Source: an uncultured Phaeodactylibacter sp.
Lineage (GTDB): Bacteria > Bacteroidota > Bacteroidia > Chitinophagales > Saprospiraceae
Direction of reading: 5' to 3'
DNA: 64,000 nucleotides
Assembly (NCBI GenBank): GCA_913057245.1
Contig: CAJXNH010000020.1
Location: forward strand, 1-64,000
Part shown: piece by piece, positions 38,701 through 48,242 of the stretch
Layout: each line of letters begins with the position of its first letter
How positions within the stretch are numbered: position 1 is the first letter of the stretch
Notes under the pieces: model-generated
What the model was told of the DNA's origin: nothing
Database searches by the model: none
The model's input: the letters and a program-made list of their open reading frames with translations, nothing else
Translations under genes and position numbers: made by a program

Positions 38701-40780
38701 CGCACTCCGTGATGCTATTGCCACCAATCTCTTCAGGCAGCAGGGTGCCCTGCCCATTGGGGGCTAGTACCACTGTCACCTCCTGGCAGATAGCGGATGC
38801 AGGCGCACAGCAGAAGTTATTCGGATCTTCAATCACAATCTGTGCCTCGCACTGAGCTGTGAGCTGATTGGAGTCATCCGTTACAATGAGGGTGACAATG
38901 TGGAAGTCTCCGTCTTCACAGGTAAAGGTGAGTTCGGAGTCCGTGCTCAGGGAAAAACTGCCACATTCGGTGTAGGAACCGTCATCAAGCGCTTCTTTTG
39001 ATACCGTGACGAGACCGGATTCCTGCATTTCGACGGTGACGTTCTTACATTTTGCTGTGGGGGGCAGGTCGTCCACTACCGTAAGTTGGAACTGACACCT
39101 ATTCTTGTTGCCGGCTTCATCTTCGATCGTCAGTTCAATAGTGTTTGTACCAAGCATGTAGGAAGGTTGCCCGTCCTCGCCTGTCATAAGGCTGGTTTGC
39201 AAAGCATCTACTCCGCTACAGTTGTCTGACATCAGAATGGTGTCCCAGGGTATACCAGTGTAGGTGCATCCGCCTTCGGAAATGCTCACGATGGTATCCG
39301 CCGGGCATTCGATTAGGGGCGCTTCCGTGTCCCCCTCTACCGTGGTGGTATCGCTGGCGGTACAATCCTGCCCGTTGATGATAGTGACGATGTAATCTCC
39401 CGGTAAGGCCGCGGCGATATACGGGTTTTGCTCATTGCTGCTAAAGCCGCCGGGCCCCATCCAGGACCAGGAGATGGCTTCTCCGCCGTTTTCGGACAAG
39501 TTGACTTCGTCCCCGGCACAGATTGAGCCGTCGCTGTCATTACTCGCTTCTGCAATAGTGGTGCAGGGGATTTCAAATGCTCCGATATCCGGCAGCCCGG
39601 TACGCGCTACTCCGTTCAGGTCAAAAGCAGGGGCGCCTTCTGTACTGCCGGCATTACGGGCCGGAGAGGTAATCCGGGGTGGAGCATAGTAAGAGGTATC
39701 AAACTGCGGGTCCTCATCCATTACGTTCTCACCCGGATAAGTGCCATCGAGTATGCTGTGGCTGATTTTCAGCGTGGGCTGCGGCTGAGAAAAGTCGGTA
39801 AAGGAGAGCTGGTCTGTGATGAGGTTCGAGTTCCCCCATACGATGGTGTTATAAAGTACGATAACAGAATCTTTTGGGTCGCCTGAACCAATACCGAAAT
39901 CGTTGTCAGCCTGTATCATGAAGACCGCCTTGCCGGTGGCATGGTTGTCGTCAATGATGGTGCAGTTGATGAAAGCGGCAGATCCGCTACTGAAGTTAAA
40001 GTTTTCTTCATAAGAGACGAAGAAATTCTCATTCGGTGAAGTATTGTTGACGAACAAGCAGTTGATGAAGCGGGCGTCTCCCCGGGGTACCCAGACTGCG
40101 CCTGCCTGCGAGTCCGCATAGTTATCTCGTATAATGCAATTGGTGAATTCGGCTTCAGCACCGCTCGCCACAATGATGGCGGCACCAATGTTGGCCGCAT
40201 TTTTTTCAATGGTGCAGTTAGAAAAGCGTATATTTTTACTAGAGGACTGGACGGTTACTGCTCCGTTCGCGACTTCTGTGTAGTTGTTGCGAAAGACGAG
40301 CCCGTCTACAGTTATATTTTCCTTTTGGTAGTCGATAAAGAACATAGAGAACGCATTGCCTTCCGTGGTGCCGGACTGGTTGATGTCTCCGTCTATCACG
40401 GTGAGGTGCTCCTTCCAGTTTCGTTGATTGCGCACCGTCTCCTGCCCGCTAAAGCCACCGTACAGCGCGAGGTTAGAGCGCTTGACGATAAACTGGTTTA
40501 TTACATTGTTTGTAATGTCTATTCCCTCGTCCGGGTAGTAATGCCCTGCGGCAAGCCATATTTCGCTGATTTCGGGGGCGTTCTCTGCCAGGTGCAAAGC
40601 ATGTTGCAGATTATTGAATGCCTGATCCCAAGAGTACCCGTTTCCGGAAGAAGGTAAAGAAGGGTTGACATAAAGCACGCTGTCGGTTGGTGGCAGAAGC
40701 GCTCCCTCAATTGGGACTGCTCCCCAACTAAGTCTGGAAAAAGCCAGGAGAAGGCATGCCATGCATATCCATTTTTTCAT
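37685..40780 (-). CDS. large T9SS-secreted surface protein with parallel beta-helix region, HYR domain(s), a conserved ~230-aa pre-CTD module and the T9SS CTD
   Basis: 1031 aa with a signal peptide (MKKWICMACLLLAFSRLSWG) and N-x-x-G/I-x-x-N beta-helix repeats. A HYR-like domain reads PLIECPADTIVSISEGGCTYTGIPWDTILMSDNCSGV.... The C-terminal 345 aa are identical to those of the 2118-aa protein and end in a T9SS CTD (...ATIVPNPVRRTFTLQFS...GLYFLEVFTQDGYREVLKVVRQ). Confidence 0.85.
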   Translation of the reverse strand: MKKWICMACLLLAFSRLSWGAVPIEGALLPPTDSVLYVNPSLPSSGNGYSWDQAFNNLQHALHLAENAPEISEIWLAAGHYYPDEGIDITNNVINQFIVKRSNLALYGGFSGQETVRNQRNWKEHLTVIDGDINQSGTTEGNAFSMFFIDYQKENITVDGLVFRNNYTEVANGAVTVQSSSKNIRFSNCTIEKNAANIGAAIIVASGAEAEFTNCIIRDNYADSQAGAVWVPRGDARFINCLFVNNTSPNENFFVSYEENFNFSSGSAAFINCTIIDDNHATGKAVFMIQADNDFGIGSGDPKDSVIVLYNTIVWGNSNLITDQLSFTDFSQPQPTLKISHSILDGTYPGENVMDEDPQFDTSYYAPPRITSPARNAGSTEGAPAFDLNGVARTGLPDIGAFEIPCTTIAEASNDSDGSICAGDEVNLSENGGEAISWSWMGPGGFSSNEQNPYIAAALPGDYIVTIINGQDCTASDTTTVEGDTEAPLIECPADTIVSISEGGCTYTGIPWDTILMSDNCSGVDALQTSLMTGEDGQPSYMLGTNTIELTIEDEAGNKNRCQFQLTVVDDLPPTAKCKNVTVEMQESGLVTVSKEALDDGSYTECGSFSLSTDSELTFTCEDGDFHIVTLIVTDDSNQLTAQCEAQIVIEDPNNFCCAPASAICQEVTVVLAPNGQGTLLPEEIGGNSITECGLASESISQSFFDCDDIGSTINVTYTITDFNGASDQCSATVSVEEGNALPAGWSATNIGDQGDGSDFNYSLCSADSPNNGDLTISTGSYNLLTQNADNLAFANIELCNDGGIQARIESVDGGYAGLMIRESDAPGAKMVAVYSNLTNLIRREIRTTDNGPKSSTLIQASFPYWLRLQRDGDLIRARYRSSSNGSWQTFYQAYLPMNSCVEMGLAVFATDPNGSASATFGDIRFRNNSGGINLSAPDSLYWENAQPEVLKATIVPNPVRRTFTLQFSAALPADGTAALFNEFGQQLAQTPLREGEQSIDWDASYLPAGLYFLEVFTQDGYREVLKVVRQ

Positions 40781-41175
40781 AAGTACATATTTGTTTTAAA
40801 ATAAGGAGGGCTTGACCCCGGAAAGCACAAAAAAAAGCTATATCTCTCTCTAAAGCTAAATCGTTAACACCTCATAAACTCTCAAATATGCAAGTAGCTG
40901 AATAACAATGCTTAGGGCTGAGCTTTGTTCTCACTTAGGCAGCTGGATTAAAAGGCAATGAGGGGTAAATAAGGGGTGTCAGGTTTGTTGTAAAGCCAAT
41001 TTTGCCAAGTTGTTCCTTGTGGTCAATAGCAGGATATAGCCAGGAGAAAGTCACTAGATCGTTGCTTGGACACTCTTGGTTTTACTCCTTGAGAAGGCAG
41101 CATACCGTCTCTAATCATTTGTCTTTATAGGGTTGGCGATAAATGCGGCGGCGCAGGAGCATACTCTGAGAGGGA

Positions 41176-41256
41176 AATACCAAAAAGAAATCGAACTGGA
41201 AGTCACCCTCTACTTTGATGATCCGGAGAATTTGGAGGTCCGGAAATTAGAATAAA
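41176..41256 (+). pseudogene. duplicated 3' fragment (last 24 codons plus stop) of the 35838..37616 gene, carried along by the segmental duplication
   Basis: Translates KEIELEVTLYFDDPENLEVRKLE*, identical to the C-terminus of the 592-aa protein. Upstream sequence is unrelated and no start codon is present. Confidence 0.7.
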
Positions 41257-42334
41257 AAAACAGCCACAGTCCGGGACTCCGGGCTGTGGCTGTACTATGC
41301 AAACAATAGGTTCGTCAGAAAATTTACTGCCGCACCACCTTTAGTACTTCCCGGTAGCCATCCTGCGTGAAGACTTCCAGGAAGTAAAGCCCTGCGGGCA
41401 GATAGCTGGCGTCCCAGTCTATGGACTGCTCTCCTTCGCGCAGGGGCGTTTGAGCCAGCTGCTGCCCAAACTCATTGAACAGAGCCGCTGTACCATCCGC
41501 TGGAAGTGCTGCAGAGAATTGCAGGGTGAAGGTACGGCGCACGGGGTTGGGCACTATGGTGGCCTTGAGGACCTCGGGCTGCGCGTTTTCCCAGTATAGG
41601 CTGTCGGGGGCGGAAAGATTGATACCGCCTGAATTGTTTCGGAAGCGAATATCCCCAAAGGTCGCAGAAGCGGAGCCGTTCGGGTCAGTGGCAAATACGG
41701 CCAGCCCCATTTCCACACACGAGTTCATGGGCAGGTAAGCCTGATAAAAGGTTTGCCAGGAGCCATTGCTGCTGGAACGGTACCGGGCGCGAATCAAGTC
41801 GCCGTCACGTTGCAGGCGCAGCCAATAAGGGAAAGACGCCTGTATCAGCGTGCTGCTTTTAGGCCCGTTGTCTGTAGTACGGATTTCCCGCCGGATCAAA
41901 TTGGTGAGGTTAGAATACACCGCTACCATCTTAGCGCCCGGGGCATCGCTCTCGCGTATCATCAGTCCGGCGTAACCGCCGTCCACGCTTTCGATACGTG
42001 CCTGAATACCACCGTCATTGCACAGCTCTATGTTTGCAAAAGCGAGGTTGTCGGCATTTTGAGTCAGGAGGTTGTAGCTGCCGGTGCTTATGGTCAAGTC
42101 ACCGTTGTTGGGGCTATCGGCAGAGCAGAGGCTGTAGTTGAAGTCGCTGCCATCTCCCTGATCCCCAATATTGGTTGCCGACCATCCTGCAGGCAGTGCG
42201 TTGCCTTCCTCTACGGAAACAGTAGCGCTGCATTGGTCTGATGCACCATTGAAATCGGTGATGGTGTAGGTGACATTAATGGTACTGCCAATGTCATCAC
42301 AGTCGAAGAAGCTCTGGCTGATGGATTCTGAAGC
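41176..42334. repeat. segmental duplication copy B (near-identical to 37546-38700), including a second copy of the terminator hairpin at ~41253-41296
   Basis: See copy A. By eye it is identical at DNA level over about 1.15 kb. Confidence 0.9.
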
Positions 42335-45300
42335 AAGCCCGTCTGCGCAGAAGGTGGTGCTTTCTGAAGACGCAAAAGCGCCACCGGAGGCCAGAGTGTT
42401 ACCCAGTTCATCGCTCAGGCTGTAGGAGCCACTGCCGTAAGCACAGCAGATACCATCACCGGCAGAATCAAAGATGGTAAAGGTATAATCGCCACCCGAG
42501 AGGCTGAACGTTTCCGTAACGGTAGAGCCATTGCGCTGTGAACCATAGGAGCCGCCCGAAGCTACGGTAGTACCACCATCAGTCACGGTCCAGGTGGTTT
42601 CACTGGGATAGTTGTCGAGTACGATAGTCAGGATGAAGTTGTTGCCGTTACTGCAGGGGGCGCACCCCATGATGCAGGGGGCGCACCCCATGATGCTATT
42701 GCCACCAATCTCCTCAGGCAGTAGGGTGCCCTGCCCATTGGTGTCTAGTACAACTGTCACATCCTGGCAGATAGCAGATGGCGGTGCACAGTATTCGCTT
42801 ACTCTAAAATCATCGAGCAGAATACCACGTCCGCGTTGTGGCGTTTCATTACTTGTCGTGTCCAATACCAGGTCCAAGCTGTCCTGATCGTTGGCGTCGG
42901 TTACGGTAAAAGCAAACTGAAGGTAATCAGATAAGCTTGGCAGCAGAATCTCTTCGGTTGTCCACGTGGACGCCAAATTCTGGTTAGGAGAATATTCCGC
43001 AAGTTGTGTCCACTCTCCACCTTCTGCTGTTCTGTACAACAAGTTTAGCGTTGGCTGATAATTCATAATACTGTCCAAAAAAGTTGGGTCAAAATTAAGG
43101 CTCCACTTGAAAAGCGAGCCTTCAAACCCAGGGTCAAGATCTTTAACTGATAAGGTCCACTCTCCGTTAAGAGGGCAGCCTTCTAGGCTGGAGAAGTCTC
43201 CTTCGGGCTTATAACTGCCCTCAGGGAAGTAAGAAGCAGAAACTTCAGAGGTCAGGCCGTCAATTAAGCTGGGAACAGTAGTGTAAACGTGAGACGGGGT
43301 AAAGCTCAAGTGTTCATCCCTGAGCGTGCCAAAATCGGTACTCTCCATGCTGAAGCAGTACTCATAAGGGGTGCCAGGCGTCAGGTCGTTACGACCTATA
43401 AAATCCGTTCGAATAAATGGCTCGCCTAAATGTTCCAAGATATGGGGAGAAGAAAAGTGTTTAATTATTTTAGCAGATTGCCCATTAGGGCAGGATAGCT
43501 CAATATCCAGGTTGTCATAACGTTCGTGCTCCAGGCTAATGCAAACACTGGAAAGCATGGACTCAGTGAGTGTGGCATCCCTCGGGAAGCCACTGAGCTT
43601 AATGGTAGAAGGGCTCGTAAGTGGAAAAAAAGGTATGATTCCATCCACCCGGCCAATCGCTAAGTTCTCGTTAGCTACAGCTGTTTGTGGCGATGGACCT
43701 ACCGACGATATAAGGCCTTCTAAAATGTTATAGGCAAAAGAAACCACAGGAACCTCAGAAAACGAACTGACATCAAATAATGGCGAAATAAGTGTGTCTT
43801 TCCTGACTGTTGGACTGATAAATGCCGCCATGTTATCACCATTAAGGGGTTGGTTAGCCAATCCGGTAGTATCGAATACCTTTTCGGGGAACTGCCAGGC
43901 TGAGGGGCTGCTGGATTGAAGTGTCCAACATTCTGGTTTGACTCCAGAACCTTCGAAACCTGTAAAATATGGACTCCTAAGTGTAAGTGTCCAAGGAGAA
44001 CCACATGAATAGGTTAGTCTAACAGTGGAGGACGGGCGAGAGAGGTGCCCATCGCAAATGGCGATAACCTCAAACCTGTAATTGCCGTCTCGGTCGAAAA
44101 AAAATAACTCGGCGTTAAATTGATTAGTAGAAATAAAGCTATACCAGTGAGGCGATCCCTCCAGAGCATACCGGACGAGAAAAGAGTCCGCATCTGATGA
44201 ATCCCAGCTTAGGACAGCAACATCGACGTCGGTTGACCATGGAAAAAGACTAGCTTGAACATTCTGAGGTGGTAAACAATCCTCTTCTTCTTGAATATGA
44301 ATATTGTCAATCCTGGCAAAAGCATTGTGATACCCTTCAAATCGGACCACGTAACTTTCGGCGTTGGTGTTAAGTTTTGGCAGCGGTATTCTTGCTGTAG
44401 CCCAGCCATTTGTGGGGGTTTTAAAATCCACCAGGACTTTTTCACTCAAAGGCGACGATGAACCAAACGATTGATAGGCCACCCTAAAAGCAGGAGCAGG
44501 CTTGAAAGCGATACTGCTGGTACAGAAGCTGGTACTTTCGCTGAAGTCGAAGCTGCCGCCCGATGCGATCACTGCTCCGGTGCCATCTGTAAGGGTATAG
44601 GAACCATTGCCAGCTAAACAGCAAATACCGTCCCCGTAGCTGTCATTAATAGTGAAGGTATAGTCTCCTGGCTCCAGGCTGATGTTCTCTGTAATAGTGC
44701 CTGCTGTGTACAAGCTGAAATTCCTATCGTAGGGGCCACCGGAAGCTACTATAGCACCGTCAGCATCAGAGACCGTCCACGAAGTTTCATCAGGAAAGGT
44801 GTCGACATCGATGGTTAGGGTCAGGTTGAGTCCGTAACAAGAGGAGCAGGGTGCACAGCTGGACCCACCGCAGTCTATGCCACTCTCATCACCGTTTTGG
44901 ATGCCATCATAGCAGGATGGCGAAACGGTCGTGCTGCAGGTGGTGGGTGCTTCCTCAATCCAGTAATCAAAAGTTAACAGGTGGTTTTCCGCTTCGTTCC
45001 AAAGGATAGATGGTGATTCTAAACGGGCTGTGTGCTGTGTGTCCGAAAAGCAATCATAATTCCCGGTGAAAGTTGCTCTGCGCCCCCCTGTAACCTCTTC
45101 AAATAATAACGGGAATCCATCTTGTATCCAGCATCCTTCAGGAGCTGAAGCATTTTCAAAGCCCTGGAATACAGGAAAAGGTGAGTATTCACCACATAAA
45201 GTTCTAAATTCTAAGGGCTCTGAAGGATTGCTGAAGATATCGGCGGATCCACAAGACTCAGTGATGACGTAAAAATCGTAAGGGGTATCTGATTCTAATC

Positions 45301-47680
45301 CCGTAGCCAGATATAGAGAAGTATCAAGCCCTGAGATGGTTTGACCTTGACCGGGTGAAAAACCTCTGAGCCCAATCTCGATGGCGTACTCTAAGGCATC
45401 ACCGGGAGCACTCCAACTTAATAAAGCAGAAGTTTCAGATAGGCTGTCAACAGACAGTACTGTTGGCGCTGTACACTGTACCTTTTCATCTGCTCCAATA
45501 TAGGGATGCGCTGGTCTGGTGTGGCCATCAATATCATCACTAATACCGGGAATTGTTATGCCCTGTCCCTGTACCGCTAAATTGAACCCAGAGAGATGCA
45601 GATCATTAGTACTTACGAACACAATGCTGTCAGAGACGGAGTTGGCATTGTAAGATGAAGATGCGGTCTGCCATTCTTCCAGCGAGTTGTAAAATTGGTT
45701 GGCCACCACCGCGAGGGCTCCATTGCCGTCAGTGCGGTAGTACAGATTATAGTCGAGCACATCATCGTTATTGGTTGGAGCATCGAGGTCAATGGCTTCC
45801 GAAGTATTGGAGATGAAAATGTTGTTCCGAATATCATACCCATCCGAAGAGGAATTGACCCATAGAGCCTGATCATCATCAGCAAGGCCCGTATTGAAAA
45901 ATAAGTCCACACTATCGGAACCTTGTAAAAAGTATGCATCCCCGGTACCGAATGCCCGCCCCATATTGTTTGAGACATTTGCTCGATCGGCAGCCCCCAT
46001 AGATGAAGTATTGATGCTGCTTAAAAAATAAGCATAAGTTGCGGCGCCCAGAACTTGGTTTTTCTGAACTATTGGTGATTTTGAATTCGCCACCCAGATT
46101 CCGTAAGAAGAACCAGCAGGCGGCATTTCATGGATTGTATTACCGGTTGCAACAGGACTGTTCAGGTTTCGAAAATGAATACCGGTAGATTGAGCTGAAA
46201 TTTCGCACCCCTCTACGGTGATATTATTTCCATCAGTTACCTGACTTGAAGAACCATTTATCCGGATACCGGTGCCTCCACCGTTAATCTTTACATTTTT
46301 GATAAGACCGTTGTTCATGCTGTTGCCGGTGGAGCCTAGTGTAAATTGATTGCCGTTAGCTACAATACCTGCACTGTTGGAACTTGTGTTATTGACATTA
46401 ATGATACAGTCCTGGATCGTATTAAAATCGGCCTCATTCCAAAGTTGAATGCCCCAGGAAGTCGAGCTGCCCGTGTGCCGGATGGTCAAGTCTTCTATTG
46501 TTATATAGTCGGCTCCGTTAAGCTCTACTGCCATAACACCGGAACCAGAGCCATCATAGGTAATTATGGTTTGATCTGCACCTGCTCCGGAGAGTGTCAC
46601 CGTATTGATCTCGCTGGCTCCCTCATAAGGGAACAGTTTAATTTGTTCCTGGTAGGTACCTGGGGCAATGTTGAAAATGACGGGGCCGTTTACACCGCAA
46701 GTGACTAAGCCGGCGATAGCGTCATGGATTGTCTGGAAGTCAGCATCACCACTACTTCCCACACTGTAGGAACCAGAGAGTTGGGATTCACAACCTGAAG
46801 AAAAGCCAAAGGGGCCTGCCCAGTCCTGTACCGGAGCGCCAGCGCAGTTGGTCCTGATGTATAAGTCATAGGCAGTCAGAGGGGTTAAGCCTGTTACAGA
46901 GATTCCATTGCTGGTGGCATTACCAAAGTTGATTACGTTAGTGCCCTGAGAAGCGCCCTGCGCTACAATTTCCCAATCATAAGAGGTCCCACAGACATCT
47001 GTCCAAGTCAGGTCTATTTCGGTTCCTGCTGAGTTGGCGGTGCTCAAAGAGAATGGGGGGATACATTGGGGAGGGGCATCATAAACCGCAATGTCATCAA
47101 TGGCAGCATCTGAAAAAAAGTCTACTCCTATTGTGCCTATGATCCGGAACTTGAAGTTGGAACTACCGGCATAACTACAAAGCGTAATCTCTGCCTTGAG
47201 ATAACTGTCCGATTCCGAGGTTTGCTGCTCTCCACTAATAGACCAAAGAGGAGTTGACCAGGTGGCCCCACCATCATCAGAAGCTTCTACGGATATGCTT
47301 CCCATTGATTGCCCATACATATGATAGTAGAATTCGAGGGCAGGGTTGCTCAAGTTGGAAAAATCAAATACGGGCGATTCCAAAATGGCTTGTTTTTCAA
47401 AGCAGCTACTCCCTTCCATATAGAGGTACTTGCCAGAGCCACTTGTGTTATCCCCGCTAGGGCCTGTTAGGGAAGAAGTCGTGCCATTTGCATCGACAAT
47501 CCAGTCTGTATCATCATCTGTTACATTTGTAAATCCTCCGGAGAGCGTGCAAATACTAGAGCAGGATTTGTCGCATTCCGTTTCTGTTTCAAATGTTTCC
47601 ACAAAGGGAAATGAACTGATTTGTGCATTGAGGTTTAGGCCCATGAGTAAGACTAGGCCAAAAAGTAGATTCTTTTGCAT
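41324..47680 (-). CDS. giant modular T9SS-secreted surface protein
   Basis: 2118 aa with a signal peptide (MQKNLLFGLVLLMGLNLNAQ). The N-terminus has an N-terminal MAM domain (...GKYLYMEGSSCFEKQAILESPVFD...EFYYHMYGQSMGSISVEASDDGGATW) and FN3-like segments, then an extensive parallel beta-helix region, then a second MAM-like segment. A Cys-rich motif [23 protein letters not shown] follows, then two copies of the ~100-aa DNYP.ET.WT...GDGICC.YG module. A recombinant HYR-like junction (CAPPSAICQDVTVVLDTNGQGTLLPEEIGGNSI) precedes the C-terminal 345 aa, which are identical to the 1031-aa protein and include the T9SS CTD. Confidence 0.85.
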   Translation of the reverse strand: MQKNLLFGLVLLMGLNLNAQISSFPFVETFETETECDKSCSSICTLSGGFTNVTDDDTDWIVDANGTTSSLTGPSGDNTSGSGKYLYMEGSSCFEKQAILESPVFDFSNLSNPALEFYYHMYGQSMGSISVEASDDGGATWSTPLWSISGEQQTSESDSYLKAEITLCSYAGSSNFKFRIIGTIGVDFFSDAAIDDIAVYDAPPQCIPPFSLSTANSAGTEIDLTWTDVCGTSYDWEIVAQGASQGTNVINFGNATSNGISVTGLTPLTAYDLYIRTNCAGAPVQDWAGPFGFSSGCESQLSGSYSVGSSGDADFQTIHDAIAGLVTCGVNGPVIFNIAPGTYQEQIKLFPYEGASEINTVTLSGAGADQTIITYDGSGSGVMAVELNGADYITIEDLTIRHTGSSTSWGIQLWNEADFNTIQDCIINVNNTSSNSAGIVANGNQFTLGSTGNSMNNGLIKNVKINGGGTGIRINGSSSQVTDGNNITVEGCEISAQSTGIHFRNLNSPVATGNTIHEMPPAGSSYGIWVANSKSPIVQKNQVLGAATYAYFLSSINTSSMGAADRANVSNNMGRAFGTGDAYFLQGSDSVDLFFNTGLADDDQALWVNSSSDGYDIRNNIFISNTSEAIDLDAPTNNDDVLDYNLYYRTDGNGALAVVANQFYNSLEEWQTASSSYNANSVSDSIVFVSTNDLHLSGFNLAVQGQGITIPGISDDIDGHTRPAHPYIGADEKVQCTAPTVLSVDSLSETSALLSWSAPGDALEYAIEIGLRGFSPGQGQTISGLDTSLYLATGLESDTPYDFYVITESCGSADIFSNPSEPLEFRTLCGEYSPFPVFQGFENASAPEGCWIQDGFPLLFEEVTGGRRATFTGNYDCFSDTQHTARLESPSILWNEAENHLLTFDYWIEEAPTTCSTTVSPSCYDGIQNGDESGIDCGGSSCAPCSSCYGLNLTLTIDVDTFPDETSWTVSDADGAIVASGGPYDRNFSLYTAGTITENISLEPGDYTFTINDSYGDGICCLAGNGSYTLTDGTGAVIASGGSFDFSESTSFCTSSIAFKPAPAFRVAYQSFGSSSPLSEKVLVDFKTPTNGWATARIPLPKLNTNAESYVVRFEGYHNAFARIDNIHIQEEEDCLPPQNVQASLFPWSTDVDVAVLSWDSSDADSFLVRYALEGSPHWYSFISTNQFNAELFFFDRDGNYRFEVIAICDGHLSRPSSTVRLTYSCGSPWTLTLRSPYFTGFEGSGVKPECWTLQSSSPSAWQFPEKVFDTTGLANQPLNGDNMAAFISPTVRKDTLISPLFDVSSFSEVPVVSFAYNILEGLISSVGPSPQTAVANENLAIGRVDGIIPFFPLTSPSTIKLSGFPRDATLTESMLSSVCISLEHERYDNLDIELSCPNGQSAKIIKHFSSPHILEHLGEPFIRTDFIGRNDLTPGTPYEYCFSMESTDFGTLRDEHLSFTPSHVYTTVPSLIDGLTSEVSASYFPEGSYKPEGDFSSLEGCPLNGEWTLSVKDLDPGFEGSLFKWSLNFDPTFLDSIMNYQPTLNLLYRTAEGGEWTQLAEYSPNQNLASTWTTEEILLPSLSDYLQFAFTVTDANDQDSLDLVLDTTSNETPQRGRGILLDDFRVSEYCAPPSAICQDVTVVLDTNGQGTLLPEEIGGNSIMGCAPCIMGCAPCSNGNNFILTIVLDNYPSETTWTVTDGGTTVASGGSYGSQRNGSTVTETFSLSGGDYTFTIFDSAGDGICCAYGSGSYSLSDELGNTLASGGAFASSESTTFCADGLASESISQSFFDCDDIGSTINVTYTITDFNGASDQCSATVSVEEGNALPAGWSATNIGDQGDGSDFNYSLCSADSPNNGDLTISTGSYNLLTQNADNLAFANIELCNDGGIQARIESVDGGYAGLMIRESDAPGAKMVAVYSNLTNLIRREIRTTDNGPKSSTLIQASFPYWLRLQRDGDLIRARYRSSSNGSWQTFYQAYLPMNSCVEMGLAVFATDPNGSASATFGDIRFRNNSGGINLSAPDSLYWENAQPEVLKATIVPNPVRRTFTLQFSAALPADGTAALFNEFGQQLAQTPLREGEQSIDWDASYLPAGLYFLEVFTQDGYREVLKVVRQ

Positions 47681-48242
47681 GGAGATTAAGTTTGTTAAGG
47701 AAAAATATGGTAGTAGGAGCTTAAGTGTTGTTTCGGATATTGCGTTTTGAGCTGCTATCGTCAGAAAAAATCAGTCATACCTTGGTCAACTTGCGCAGGT
47801 CTGCGGCTTCTGAATGGGGTCCTGTGAACTCCATGGATATGCCTGATGAACCACCTTTGAGGAGAATAATCAGAGGAGTGGGGAAAACGTATGAAGCCTT
47901 TTACGGGCTGATTACTAACGAGGCGAAGGATCTTGTGCCCCGCACGGATTAAATACCGGGACAATAAGAAGAATATACAAGACATGAGTGATGAGGCAAC
48001 TAAAAGGACCTCATCCCAAGAGCTGTTTTTGGAAGGCATGCCTATCTGTTTTTGTTGTTACATCTACCCACATCTTCTGAAGAGAAAGAAGGTGGAGATG
48101 CATGCCTGTAAAACTATTAACGGGATGTTTGAAAGCCTGCTATTTAAAGCTTCCTGTTACTCTAAAATCGTAAAAACTACTCTCATTTGGTAAAAACGAC
48201 AGGAAGGTTTGTTTGTAAAAGGCTGGTATTCAATGAGGTGTT

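Noticed and set aside
37546-42334. IS element or transposase mediating the duplication
   Set aside because: No transposase-like or integrase-like ORF and no terminal inverted repeats flank either copy. The duplication looks like homologous recombination or gene conversion between paralogues.
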